64,000 nucleotides of DNA from NCBI GenBank assembly GCA_001179505.1, contig CDMY01000329.1, positions 54,275-118,274 of the forward strand, given 5' to 3'. The notes under the pieces are model-generated. The model was not told where the DNA came from. It made no database searches and worked only from the letters and a program-made list of their open reading frames with translations. The translations under genes and the position numbers were made by a program. The stretch's first letter is position 1. Every line of letters begins with the position of its first letter. Source of the DNA: Vitrella brassicaformis CCMP3155. Taxonomy: Eukaryota; Protista; Chromerida. Below are positions 28,385 through 41,752 of this stretch, piece after piece.

Positions 28385-30785
28385 TTGATTAGTGTGGGTA
28401 GAGGGAGGATCTGTGTGGTTTTGTGCATAGGATCGGTTCATTCAGATGTCCAGACTGATATGGATGACTGGTCGTCTTGTGTTTTGCGTCGGTGGGTTTG
28501 ATCTTCTCATGAGGGTTGGTTTGTGCGTCGAGTCGACCACAGGGTGTGGTGTGCATATCCGTCATATCCTGAGAGAGAGGATGGAGAGGGAGAACGGACT
28601 GTTCGTCGCCTTGTTTGTCTTTGTGTAGCATTCACTTGTCTCTCTGTCTCTCTCTCTTTTCATCTGCACGTCACTCTGTCCGTTGGTTAGTGTCCGACCC
28701 AGAAAGATGGTGGTCGCCTCGTGTTGTCATAGTAGCTATGACATGCTGCTAGTACGTGTGCTGCCTGCCTTCGATAAATCGATAAGAAGACGCGATGCCA
28801 CCAACACAACGCGCCACTTCAGTCCATTCAGCCAGCCATCCACTGATGGCATTCACTGAATGGTGCACTAGGCAAACACCACCACCCGTCATCCGTCATC
28901 CGTCACACACACGCCCACACACTGAGGCCCGGGTGAGAACAAAACGCAGTGAGGCCTCCCTCCTACCGTATGCACTAAACACCACTCTCACGAAGGCCGC
29001 ACGGACGGCCGCGCACACTCACACGGACACGGACACGCACAAAACCGCGAGGGATAGATTAGATAGGTGGGGAGACAGACGCACATACATAGTACGCGGC
29101 GATGGGGGCGGGACGCAGCGGTGTTGGCTGATCCCTCCTGTCCCCCCACACGCGCGTACCACACTCACACTCACACACGTACACATACACATACACACAC
29201 CTGCTCGCCTGCTCGCCTGCCTAAAAGTTGAACCAGTTCTGTCAGTCAACAAATTGACGTACGTGACACTAGTAATAACACGACGACAGACAGGTGTGTG
29301 TATGTGTGTGTGTATATGCTGTAGAAAAGGCCACAAATGGGATGGGAGAGGGAGGACGGTTCCTAGGCAGGTAAGCCAGACAGACGGCCAGCCAGCCAGC
29401 CCATAAGTACGTCAGCCAGTTAGATAAAGGCGACATGTATGTATGTATGTCTCACTCCCTCTCATGACGCACGGACGGACGCACTCTCCCACTGTGACTG
29501 ACACGCACAGAGGGAAGACGCACCAGACACACACATACACATACACATGCACACTCACATGGATGAGTGGATGCGATAAAGGCGTTGGCTCTCCCCTCTC
29601 GTCTGTCTGTCTGCCTGCCAGCCTGTCTGCTGGCCTGTCTGTCTCCCTTGTGGGTGACCTCCCGTGCAGACGGCCGGATCAAGTGCTGCACCCTTCTACG
29701 CGTCATAGAAGCGTGCATCCATCGCATTTTCTCCGCCAGCCACGAGATGGAGGCCGGCCAGCCATCCGTCCGTCCGTCCGTCACGACAACACAACCCCAA
29801 CCATATGCAGCCAGGCAGGCAGGCAGTTCGAGATGAGCAATAGGGTAGAGAGGTAACCACAGTAGAGAGAGAAGACTTCACCGTAAATGAAATGCTCCCT
29901 CCCTCCCTCTCGCGCGCGCCTGTCTGTCGGTGATAAAATGACATATGGTATGGTCACTATGTGCCTGCGGTAGGCAATCGATGCACTCAGCTCTGAGTAG
30001 TATAAGTAGTGTAGTGTGTGTACGACGGGCGCAGCAGCAGACAGCCCGGCACAGCCACAGATCCCCTCCCCCCGATCAGATCAAAACCCAACCCGAGAAA
30101 TGAACAGTGAACAGCCCCCCCGCACCGCACCCACCCTCACGCAAACCGACATATTGTGATATTCACTCTCTCTCTCTCGCTCTCTCTCCCCCCCTCCACC
30201 ATCACCTGCCTGAGCCCGGCCGTGCCGTGGTGGACTCGCTCACACTCACTTGAAAAAGGGCAGGGCAGCTGACTGGCTGATGTGTTCACACAGGAGGAAC
30301 TACAGGGGTCGTGCAGGCAGCGCCATCCATCCATCCCTCCATCCATCCACATGAAATGCAAGCAATGCGATACGCGTACACGTCAGTCACATACACACGC
30401 ACGCACACACAACACCCACGGACTCACGCACACGCTCGCATGCACGCACTGGCTGACCTACTCATCCATCCATCCATCCATCTCTCCCTCCCTCCCTCAG
30501 GGGGCGGGGCGTGCGTAGCCATACGCAAAAATGAAGAGCATGTTAGTTATGTGCCATGAATAATGGACCCGAGGCATCGGCACGGCACGCCAGCATACGA
30601 ACGAACGGACGCACCTCTGCAAACTTACCAACCAACACATTTATATTCTAAAGTGTGTGGCTCGGCTCGGCCCGCCCCGCCCCGCCCCGCCCCAACCAGT
30701 CAGTCAGAATGTCACCCCACCCCCCAAAGCACCCCGAAACGCACCCACGACTCCCACCCAAACCATTCCGCACTCAGTCAGTCAG

Positions 30786-31732
30786 TCAGTCGGCCTTCTT
30801 GCTCCCAACGGTGTTGCGATTGTCGTCCTGCTGCTGCGACCCCGGTAGGAAGAATGGGCGCACTGACGGGCTGGGGATGAGGTTCTGCATATCCGGGGAG
30901 GGGTTGGGGCTGAGAGAGGTGTTGATGGTGAAGCTCGTCGACGCGACCCGGCTCTGACGGGGGTCGATTCCCTCGCCGTCTGGGGCGGTCTTGGGTGGGC
31001 TGACCGTCATGAGCGGCTGGATGGGCAGGTAGTACTCCATCCCTAGCCTGTCCATCGTCTGCATCAGGTGCCTGCAGCCAGACAGACAAACAAAGACACA
31101 AACCAGTGCATGGCGGCTAGGTGAGTCACGAAGTCGGTGTGTGCTACCCAGACCAGAAAAGTTTAGTTCTCGCAGGGTAGATGTCCCTGTGCTCCGCCCA
31201 GTTGAGCATGTGAGTCACCCACAGGCCAACCTGACCACACAAGACACCACACCACCCACCCAACCAACACACAGACAAACACATACATGGGTGTGGTGTC
31301 CTGGCTGTCTGTCTTGTCGCACCTCCATCGAGTGGTTGGGCTGGATGCTGTAGACATACAGGTCAGGTGGCGGGCTGCTGATCCAGTCCCTTGGGTTGCG
31401 GCAGCAGTACTCGATGACCGCTCGCCGCAGGTCCATGAACTGCTCCATCGACGTCTTGGTCGACAGCTGGAAGAGGATCTCAAACACGGCGGGCGGCGAC
31501 TTGCTCTCGTTGATGATCTTGGCCACGGCCAGCTGGAAGTTCGGCAGCACCAGCTGCTTGTTGTGGATCGTCCTGACACACACGCAACGCAATGCAACGC
31601 AGAGAAGAGGTGAGCGGAGCGGATGGTATGTGTGTCGCTGGGAAGCTAAGCCGGTTTACTCGAATGTGGTGGTCATGACGGAGATGCGCCGGACGTACAT
31701 CGCCACATCGCCGTCCACACTGACGCGATCTG

Positions 31733-31766
<34 letters not shown>

Positions 31767-34700
31767 AATGCGGCCATCCATCCATCCATCCATCCATCCA
31801 ATCGGTCTGTGTGTCACCGACCACCGATGTCGAAGGGATGTTGGATGAAGACAAACACCAGGGAGTCCACAAAGTTCTTGATCGAGTTGCCCAACGCAAA
31901 GGCGACGCCAGCGAAGATGGAGGCGAACCCCAGGATGGTCGTGTACGGGTTGACGCCGAGCAGCCACAGGACGGTTATGATGATGATGCACCACTGCAGC
32001 ATCCACAGGAGCGACTTGACGATGTCGGCGACCGACTCGTCCACCTCCAGTGACTTCAACAGCTGCTTCCGCTCGTTGTACGCCGCCAGCAACGCCGACA
32101 AGAATCGGGAGCGCGTTACGCGACCAGTGCCTGCACCACACACACATCCATCCATCCAGGAATGTGCGTCTGTCTGAGTGTTTGGGTGCGGTGGGGCTCA
32201 CCAGAAGGGTCAAGGAGCAGTAGGAGCCGCTCAGCGTCCTCAGGGTTGGGAATGTAGTGTCGAATGAGCTCGCGGCCGAAGAAGTTGTAAGAAACTGAAC
32301 GCCACGCACGAGCGGATCGGATAGGATGCATTCGTCCGAGGACACGCCCGCAGCCCATTATATCTTAACCTCTCGCCCACTCACTCACCGGGCTGTGGCA
32401 CAAACCCATCCTCGCCCTCGTGCAGGACGGGGGGCATGTTGGAGGGATACCTTCTGAGGATGGCGAAGGACTCCATCGTGATACGGCCCTCCTCTACCAG
32501 CTTGGCCTGCACCTCCAGCAGCTGCGTGAACAGCTGGTTGCCGTACTCCCGCACCTCCCTCTTGCGAGTGATCTCAACACGACCCACACCTGCACACACA
32601 CACATGGATGGATGGATGGGCTGTTTTGGCCCCAGCCCCGCTGACCTCTGAGGTGGAAGCGAATGGGGTGGAGGATGACGTACGATCTGTGGCGCCATGA
32701 TTCCCATGCTGTGGGTGCGGGGCCGCTCAGTCCAATGCCGAGCTGCACCACACCACACCAACCAATGACGCATCTCATGTCATGTCTGTCCGCATGTGCA
32801 TTGACTGCATTGATCCACCCACCTCGCCGCCGATGCTGCTGCCGGCCGATGACCCCACGGCAGGCATCTCGTTGACCACAGCCGCAGAGGCCGGCACGCG
32901 AGAGGTCCAGCCAGTTCCGTGCCTCCTGGCTGCGACGTGGCGGGTGGGGAGTCGCTTGAGGGCCTCAGAAGTGAGCTTCTTATGACGATTGGTGAAGTCG
33001 TAGTAGCCGAGGTGCAGGTGGAGCTCAGGTGCGACTCGGTTGAGTCGCGAGAAGGCCCGCTCCTTCCATACCAGCAGCTGGAGCTGTCTGTTCCGCGTGC
33101 CGTTGCTCTGGATAGACACCCACGTCATGACCAACTCACGGACGATACTCTGATTGATGGAACCAAACACGAACACACACACACACACACACACACAGAG
33201 ATGCATGCGGCCGTCCTGCCATCCGTGAATCCATCCAGCGTCAGACCTACCAGTAGACTCATGATGAAGAGCGAGAGCAGGACGGCCCTCAGCCCCCTGC
33301 GAACGTTCTGCTCGATGTTTCCCATCTGCCCGTCGTCGCGCTTTTGGCAGTTGGACGTGAAGGTCTTGCACGAGAACATCACGGCGTACGCAACCAGAGA
33401 CAGCGAAAACCACAACACACTGAATCAACCAATCAAAAAAGAGGACACACATGAACTAACACGCACGTGTGTGTGTTTGCTGGCGCTCTCTCACCGTGCG
33501 CAGTGTTCGTGGAGCGTCTCTATGATGAGTGACGACGGCAGGTTGGCGTCTGGGTCCACAACCGTCATCATGGCAACCAGCATTCCTGGAGGGAGTACGT
33601 GCAGGCAGGCAGACAGCACACCAACGAGTGGGCTCATGGTAATCAATCCCATCCCACGCACAGATGGCCAGCTCAGCTCCCCTTGGCCTGCCTGACTCGA
33701 CTCACCGAAGCCGATGAAGGAGACCATTCTTGCGACGAGTATGGCGGCGAAGAGGAAGAGCCACTGAGAGGACGGGCTCTGCATGGTCTTTTCGCTGTTC
33801 TCCAGCACCCACCCCATGACGAACAAGGCCACCACACCGAAGAGGTACCACACAAAAGTGCACAGGTTCGGCATCTTGCACACCGACAGGCAACGCTTCA
33901 AGCAATTCGTCGTTCGCTGCATACACACCCACATGCCAACCAACAGATACGCGCCTCCATCTTGGCTCTCCTCCTCCCCGCACCGGCCCACCTTGATCCT
34001 CCTGTTTCGTTCAAAGCTGCCCTCCTCCTCATTGTCAAAGTCTTCCTCTTCCTCCATCAGCTCCATGTCCGTCACACGGTCGGTGGCGCCCCCGGGGAAC
34101 TTGGAATTGCCGGTCCCCTGACGCTTTATGTTCATGAACGACCCCCACCCGACAGTGAAAACTCCCGTGACGCCGCGAGAGACGAGCCCGTTGGCCCCAC
34201 CACCCCCTCCACCTCCACCGTACGATCGGCTCTTGTTGACGTCGGTGCCGTTGTCGAGCATGTCGTCGCCCTGCTGCGACACGCTGTCGTCGAGGTTGTC
34301 ATTGTCGGCGTTCAGGAACCCCACACGGCTGGTGTTCTGCTGCTCACGCTCACTGGCGAACTCGGCGGCGGTGCCGATGCCGAACGAGGGGCTGGTGATC
34401 TGCAGGCTGGTCAGCCCATTGCTGACGTGCTTCTCCACCATATCCGCTGTGGGTGTGTCCTTCTCCTCAGCCTCCTGGCCCCCCGCTGCGGCCCCTGTGG
34501 GGTCCGTCCCGTTGGTGGGTGTGTGGGGAGCGGGGGATGGTGGGGGCGAGGGGCGCTTCACGGGTTCGCTTAGAGTCGGAGGAGCGAGGTTCTGCGGCCT
34601 TTGCTGCGCATTGGGCGTATTGGGGGTCCCCTTGGGTGTGCCGGGCCGCGTGCCGTTCCTGGTCTTGTTGCGGGTGCCCGGCTTGCCGGTGGTGCTGCTG

Positions 34701-35116
34701 GTGCTGGTGCGCCGCTCGAGCTCGGTGTCGGTGTCAGGTGGGAAGGGGCGAGTGGAGGTGCCCTCGGCCAAATGACGGGTGATCTGCCTCAAAACCCGCA
34801 CACGCTCCCACCTGCACACCAAACACACACATACAGCAGACAAGGGGAGTGAGTGAGTGTCAATCAAAAGTGTGTCCGTCGGTCCGGCGGATGTGGTGTG
34901 GTGTGGCGGTGGTGGTGTTGTCCGTTCATGACAGTCACTTACTCCTTCTGCGGGTCCCGGTCGATGAAGGGCTTGCTGACATTCTCCAGCACCTCTGCAA
35001 GGCATCCGTACACACATATAAGGTTATGACAGATGTGTCCGGAGCTCGGTGTACGGGTGTCCGGTGAGCCTCTCGCATCATCTGTTCGCACCGTCAGAGT
35101 CGAACGCCTTGGCCAT
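30786..35116 (-). CDS. MscS-like (MSL) mechanosensitive ion channel, multi-exon, with long disordered N-terminus
   Basis: ...ASIFAGVAFALGNSIKNFVDSLVFVFIQHPFDIGDRVSVDG...VRRISVMTTTF (MscS core); upstream TM helices; start MAKAFDSD|EVLENV...; ends ...GSKKAD*. Confidence 0.88.
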
Positions 35117-35306
35117 TCTGTCGGAATGGATCTCACAAGACCACACCTGGCTCACTCGAGGACCAGGAAGTCACTCCTTTGCCGCGCGCTGCCGGCGAGA
35201 GTGAAGGCGGTGAGAGGGCGAGAGATCTATCGCTCGCTGATCACCGGCAGCTTCGGCGTCGACAGGATCCTCCCCTTGTGCAGTAGCACACGCGCGCGGC
35301 GCTGCG

Positions 35307-37457
35307 ATGATGCGATTGGTGGCGTATGCGAGCTTAGCTGAGGCGAGTTCCGGGAAAGGTAGGTAAGAGGTGAATGCATGTGTTGTGGTATGAGCCGTAT
35401 GAGCCACACCAACCCTTTCGAGGCCGCTGGATGCACACTTGCGCGCGGCGAAATCATGGTTGAAGTCCGGCACGTCAGCTACTCCCGCACACTGCTGCCT
35501 TGTGGCACTAGAACCGACGAGGCCACCGCCAGCGCAGCTCACCTGGACAGATGCCAGCCGAAACCGACAAGATTCGCCGCTCTTGCGATTGGTACGCTGG
35601 CCGATGAATGGATGGATGGATGGATTTGGATGACTCGTGTGTTGTCTGATTGTGGCAGGTCGTGTGTGTGGGTGTGGCCAAGACGTCAAGGGCATTAGCG
35701 AGGGAGAACACGTCATTGGTAAGGTACATGAATGGATGGCAGCAGGAGCCGAAATCGTGACTGCTCACGCCGCCTCCCTGTCTGTGTGTCCGTGTAAGGC
35801 TATCTGCCCTTCAGCCACACTGATGCTGCTGCCGTCGCTGCCAATTCGCGCATCAAAATCCCTTATTGGATGGCAGGTAAACTGGCTGTTGGCGTCTGGT
35901 TTGCTTCTCCTCATTGTCGCGATACTGTGTGTACAGTGCGGTGGTCGAGTAGAGCTGACGACGATTCACATGCCCGTGTGGTGGCTGCGGCGCTAAGCCC
36001 TCTGGTCGAATCACTCTACTGTAAGGAAGCACAGTAAGGCAGAACGATACTGCGTGACGGTTGTGTTGCATACTCAGGTGTGTCGCATTTCGTGCGCCCT
36101 CAGCCAGAGGACATCATACTCGTCGTGGCCACGCAAATGGTGTGTGAGGGAGAGGGAAAGGCACTCAGGGCCGGGCCGCATGGGCATGTCAGTCCTGTCA
36201 CATGAGATGGCGGTCGGCCTTGTGGTCAGAATTGGCGGCTGCGGTGCCTGCTGCAATGGCTGATCCTGAGAGGCCCTCACCTGTCCATCATCCTCGCAAT
36301 CCCAGCGGTAAGCAGCACACGGCAGCGACAGATCCCTGAGTGCACTTCCATTCTGTGTATCAGGAGGAGTTCCCCCGTCTGGGCATCGCCCCCCCGCCCC
36401 CACCCCCAGCCACCCACCTCTCGCACCTGCCCAATGGCACCTCGCCACCTGATTACCATGGCGACACTGCCGTCACATTGGATGCCCGCGCGGCTTTGCA
36501 GCTGAAGCCGCCGAAAGTGAAGCTGCCCTCGCCGTATGCATCTGCTGTGCAGGGGGCGCCAGAAGGGGCGGCCAACAAGGGAGGCAGCCCCACTCACAGC
36601 CGCAACAACAGCAGCAGCAGCACTGATGCGTGCCAAGGTGGGTGGGCCGATCGACAAGTTGCGAGTGCACTCAGGGACCCATATATCTGGCTGACCGTTA
36701 GTCCCGTGTCGTGTGTTCTCTCTCCTCCAGCCAAGGTGTGCGTGCTGCAGGAGGGCTTCAGCGAGCAGGTGCTGGCACTGACTGGCGGCATGGGGGCACA
36801 CACCATCCTCCAACTCGACTCCCCTCCGACCGACACCACCACCCAGCAGCCTCGTGAGCATGGAGGTGGCACCGTCGAGGCGTATGCGAGGACCTGCTCT
36901 GGCGGTGCTGCTGGAATGGGCGCGGGGGAGTCGCGGTTTGTGAGAGAACTGCTGGCGTGTGCGGCCCCTCTGGGTGAGAGGAGAGATCGGGCGCGTGTAC
37001 GGTGGGTGGGTGGGTAATTGTTCTATGTGTGTGTGGTGTGTGTGTGTGCAGGTCGTGTCATCATGTCGACACCGCTCTCACAGGTGAGTGAGGAGCCAGG
37101 GCAATCAGTGCAGCAAAGCGTCCGTCCATAATGAGTGCACTGCACTGCACTGATCCACACTCGTGTGGCTGGCTGGCTGGTTGGTTTGCGGTTCAGATGG
37201 ACCCTGTAGAGTGTGAGGCTCTGTACCTGAAGTCCCTCAGCCTCTCCTTCTTTGTGCCCCACCTGCCGCTGCTCACCAACACACACAACAGCCTCAGCAT
37301 GCGTAATTTAACAAGCAAACAACCGCTGTTGTCAATGATGTGATGCATGTCATGTGTCACTGCATCAGATGTGCTCGCGCGTGTGTTGGAGGCGATAGAG
37401 CATGGCGAGGTGTGGATGCCGTCGGCCGATGAGGTGGCGGGGACGGCGGAGGGATAG
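35307..37457 (+). CDS. CRYZL1 (FERRY3)-like degenerate medium-chain dehydrogenase/quinone-oxidoreductase-like protein, about 10 exons; start may be 35307 or 35390
   Basis: Exons join in frame: IMVEVRHVSYSR...GRVCGCGQDVKGISEGEHVIGYLPFS...SLYCVSHFVRPQPEDIILVV...FSEQVLALTGGMGAHTIL...LGRVIMSTPLSQMDPVECEALYLKSLSLSF...HVLARVLEAIEHGEV. Order and spacing match recalled CRYZL1 motifs (VVGILPL, LEETGGLG, QLDPP..LFLK). Confidence 0.7.
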
Positions 37458-39196
37458 TGGCAGAGTGAAGGTGGGTGTGGGTGTGGCGTCAGTGAGTGAG
37501 TGACGCTTGTGGCTTTAAGACGGTTGGTCCTGCCCGCTGTGTTGATGTGTAAATACGCTATGCGCTGGTCTGCGTCTGCCAGAAGCGGCTAGGGGACATT
37601 TAAGGTGTCTGCACCCTTCTGTGCGCGCTTAGATTGCAGCGCTTGCAGGCATGGATCGAACTCATCGCTCCCTGCACGTCCGTCTCACACCGGAGTCCAC
37701 TCTATCGACATGCACGACACCTGGCTTAGCGCTGGGCATGTTTCGCACACCACCCACCGGTAACGTGTGACCACATACGGGTGTCTTCCGCATGCAGCCT
37801 GACATTCCCGGTGGGGGGTTTACAAAACAGTCCCAGCGCGGAAACGCTTCACAAGCAGGATGCATCAAATACACCATAGCCCCTGGGCCCATCACCGTCA
37901 CTCCCCAACCCTGTCTGCTTGTTCTTTCTTCTCTCATCGCATCTCCTTCGTCGCTGCGTGCATCGTCTGTCCGCCCTTTCGACCACCCAGGCCACTTTCT
38001 GCCCTCCACCCATGGCTGCAGTCGTCATATCAGAGGTAGCGTTGTACTCTGATGACAGACCACAGCCAGGCGGGTTGACGGAAGCTAGCCGCGAGTGAAC
38101 AAGAGGGCGGGGCAGACGCCAGCACGCCAACAGTGCACACGAAAATAGTTTGAACTGGCTCGCTCTCTCTCTCTCCTTGCACCGCACCCACCCCACCCAT
38201 CCCCCCGCACCTTCATCCATCCACTCATCATAGCATGTGACACGTAGAAATGTAGACAGACAGGTAGGTAGGCAGGTAGACAGGTAGGTAGGCAGGTCTC
38301 CGTGCAGCGCTCACGCACGCACGTTGCTTCGCATACACTCGACACAACACAGCACGGCACGACACGGCACGGCACGACAAGTTACAAGAGGGTATATATG
38401 CCGCTCACCACTGCACACTCCCCTCCCCCTGCCCCGGCACCTCCCCCAGTCATCACCCACCCCAACCCGTCAATTGGACAGAAAAATGGCCAATAGGCTT
38501 GCTCTCAGACAGACAGACAGACAAGCAAAGAAAGTGGTGGACAGCCACAGGCCATTGGTCACACGAACAGCTGAATTCAGCGCGCATCCAGCACCGGCAG
38601 TGAGATCCTGATCTCGGTGTGATCAGACTCACTGCCAGGCCGATAGCATTCTGAATTCAACCGTCCATGTGACACGCAGTTAGATGTGACGTGACAGCAG
38701 CTATCAGTCAGGCAGACAGCAGGTTGTGTCCATCGCGAAAAACTCGTGACGTGACGTAGCCAGACAGCTGGGACGGGACAGGGATGGTATGGAGACGCGC
38801 CGCAAGAAGGCAGTGAATGCGGCACCATTGCCGCAGTTGCGAACGCGTATCGTATCAAGCGCTTCAGGCGGGCAGGCAGGCAGACAGACAGAAAGACAGA
38901 CAGACAGACAGACAGACAAGCACAGAAAGATCAGACAGACACACTCCCAGGCAGGCAGGCAGGCAGCCCGTGAGTGAGTGCTTGAGTCAGCCAGCCAGCC
39001 TCTCCCGACCGACCCGCACAGACACAAAGTCGTGAATTCCTGCCTCTGCGGATCTGATCTGGCGATGCTATGCTGGACTACTCACTCAGGGGTCGCCACT
39101 CGGGAAAGAAAAAGGACTGGCATCACACACATGCAATGCAATGGCTCTCTCCCCACCCCTCTCTCTCCCTCCCTCCCCCCTCCCTCCCCCTCCGTT

Positions 39197-39699
39197 TCAC
39201 ATCTTGCGAGAGCACAGGACGCCGTGGATGGCGAGGGACGCGTCGTAGCAGGGCTCATTCTGCATCACGGTTGCGGGAGGGCTGGCCGCTGCCGACAGGG
39301 CAACACGCCTGCCCCTCTTCTCGACCCCACCCACAGCCGCAGGCGCCATGACGCTCTCCGCCTTGTCCGCCTTGGGCGCTGAGACCTTCACCGCACCAAT
39401 CAGGCTCACCAGCTGACACATCCACACACAGCACCACACCCACACAGACGGTCAGAGACATGACCTCCTCCCAGTGCCCGTGTCTCGGTGACGTTTACCT
39501 TTCTTTGCGCCTGGGTCGCCCGCAAGTACGATTGGCGGATCTGAGACAGCAGCGGGACGGCCGTTGCCCGCGGCACACGTGCAATGCTGCGGAGGGGCGT
39601 CATGGCGACGTGAGACGAGCGGGGCAGGGTGGAGATGGCGTGTGTGGACGACAGCCCGACGATGACCAGACCGATGATGCCGCTGCGGATGCCTTTCAT
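39197..39699 (-). CDS. Small uncharacterised protein (2 exons, 138 aa) with signal peptide plus R/S/T-rich transit-like leader
   Basis: MKGIRSGIIGLVIVGLSSTHA-ISTLPRSSHVAMTPLRSIARVPR...; intron 39413-39498 joins in frame (201+216 nt). Confidence 0.45.
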
Positions 39700-41752
39700 C
39701 GTGGGTACGGCGCAGAGAGGGTGTTCGCGCAGATCAGGGAGGGGTTGGTGGCCTTGCAGAGGACGGAAGGAAGGAGATGGCGGAGAGATCTGAGGGCGGC
39801 AGAGCACGGACTGAAGGCTGCAAGGCCACCTTTTTTCTCTGTCGGATCTTACACCGTGAAACTGATGGCCACTGGCCGTGGATGCAAATCATTGCAGAGG
39901 GGAATTATGCAATCGTACTCATCTCTGCAGTGCCTGTGAGTCATTGTTAGCAAGGAGTTTAGTCCGTTCGTTCAGTTCGGTAGACTTGGCGATTGAGTGT
40001 CTCATTCAATTTGGTCCGTACGTCACCTGCAGGTGCGCCAAAAGAGGTGTGTGTCTGGTGTGTCTGTCTTGCGTCCTCTCATCCACTGGGGCGTGTGGGT
40101 TTCGACGAGCTGTGTGCGGCTCTTCGTCCGCCATGCCGGTGCCATCCGTCATGTCACATGATCATGCGACACAACCGATGGCACCGGCAGAGCGAACGGG
40201 GAAGCGCACACCCAATCAGAAACACCTACCTACACCCGGTCAGTCCATCCATCCATCCATCCAGCCAGCCAGCCAGCCAGCCAGCGGTGTTTCTCTCTCG
40301 CTGCGCGTCGGTGGTGTGACAGCCACCCTTCAAACAACAGGGAGACTGCATGTGAGCAGTCTGCTTGCGGTTCGCTGAGGGCCCGCCACGCGAGCAGAAC
40401 ACGCGACGAGAGAGAACACACACACCAACACAAACAAAGACAAACAACAGCACCCACCCAACTGGTTGGTCTAAGCCACTCACTCACATGAGAGCATGAC
40501 ACAGCAATCCCTCCCTCCACACCCACACCCCGATCAATCACTCTTTCTTCTGACAGACAGCCACAGGGTAGCAACCAACGAGCAACAAGCGCTAGGCAAA
40601 ACAGTGTGTACTGATCTGATCCAGACAGACATGGGCGGGTGGGGTGAGGCAGGCAGGCAGGCAGGCAATGGCAGACAGCATGGGATACGTCTACAGGGGG
40701 AGGGAGCTTCCTTAGTCAGTCGGGCGGGCGGCTCCCCAGAAGGGAGTGCGTGTGCACACGCACTCACACGCACGCACGCTGCCGTTGCAGCATGCTTGTG
40801 TGTGGATGCAGCACACACACGAGCAACAGCAACGGCAAGGGCAATAGCAAGGCAGGAAGAAAAAATGGCTACAACACTCACACCCACACTCACACCCACA
40901 CTCACACCCACGGCAGGCAGGCAGGCAGAAAGGCACCAATCATCCTCTCCCTCCCTCCCTCCCTCCCGTCATCCATATGGAGTATAGAAGCGGTGTTGTG
41001 CATGTCGTCGAGAGGTTGTGGATAATAATAATAATTTAAATACGGGTACGGGGCCAGCCGGGTGGTGCAATGCAAGCCCCGTCCGTTAGTTATTTCCCAC
41101 ACCCCCAACCCACCGACCGACCGACCGACCGACCGACCAGCAAAGCAAATTAACCCACACCTTCCCCCCTCCCTCTCTGTCTAGATTGCGAGCTGTACAG
41201 GGCCACCGCGCAACGCAATACAACAGAGGGCAACGAAAATCGAAAGATCCGAGCAAAACGCCGGCCTGTCTGTCCGCGGGTCTGGTCTGTCTGTCTGTCT
41301 GTCTGTCGCTGAGCAAGTGGGTGAAAACACATGGTACATTACGTAGAGAATACAGCAAATGAGTTACGTACGGTAGGCAGACAGGCAGCAAAGTCCCCTC
41401 CGATACGCTGACACACACACACATGCAGGGACACGCACACATGTGTGCCCATCCCTCGCATGACGCACAGTCAGACCCTACAGCACACTAAGACAGACAG
41501 ACAGACACCGATGCAAAACGCACCCACTCGCTCGCCGATTCCCGCTAACCCACCCTGGAGCCACGGCGAATGTGTGCTGTGCGACCCTTACCACCTATCC
41601 TCCCACCCACCCACCCACACAGGAGGTCCCAACCATCCTGTCGGTATACATCAATCCATCCATCCATCCATGCGTCTCTTTCAAACACACACAGCCCTTT
41701 CTCATCCACACATCCATCCATCCATCCATCGGTAAGCCGCTCATCGTCTCAC

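Noticed and set aside
28400-30780. ORFs between the hypothetical gene and the MscS gene
   Set aside because: Low-complexity AC- and CCAT-rich sequence consistent with convergent 3' UTRs; no coherent protein
37662-38220. Minus-strand ORFs (MEGRKWPGW...)
   Set aside because: No recognisable motif, no supported splice chain and no coding-like bias
40868-40910. 12-bp repeat acactcacaccc x3, read as TLTP repeats in an ORF
   Set aside because: Part of the AC-rich microsatellite background; no supporting gene structure
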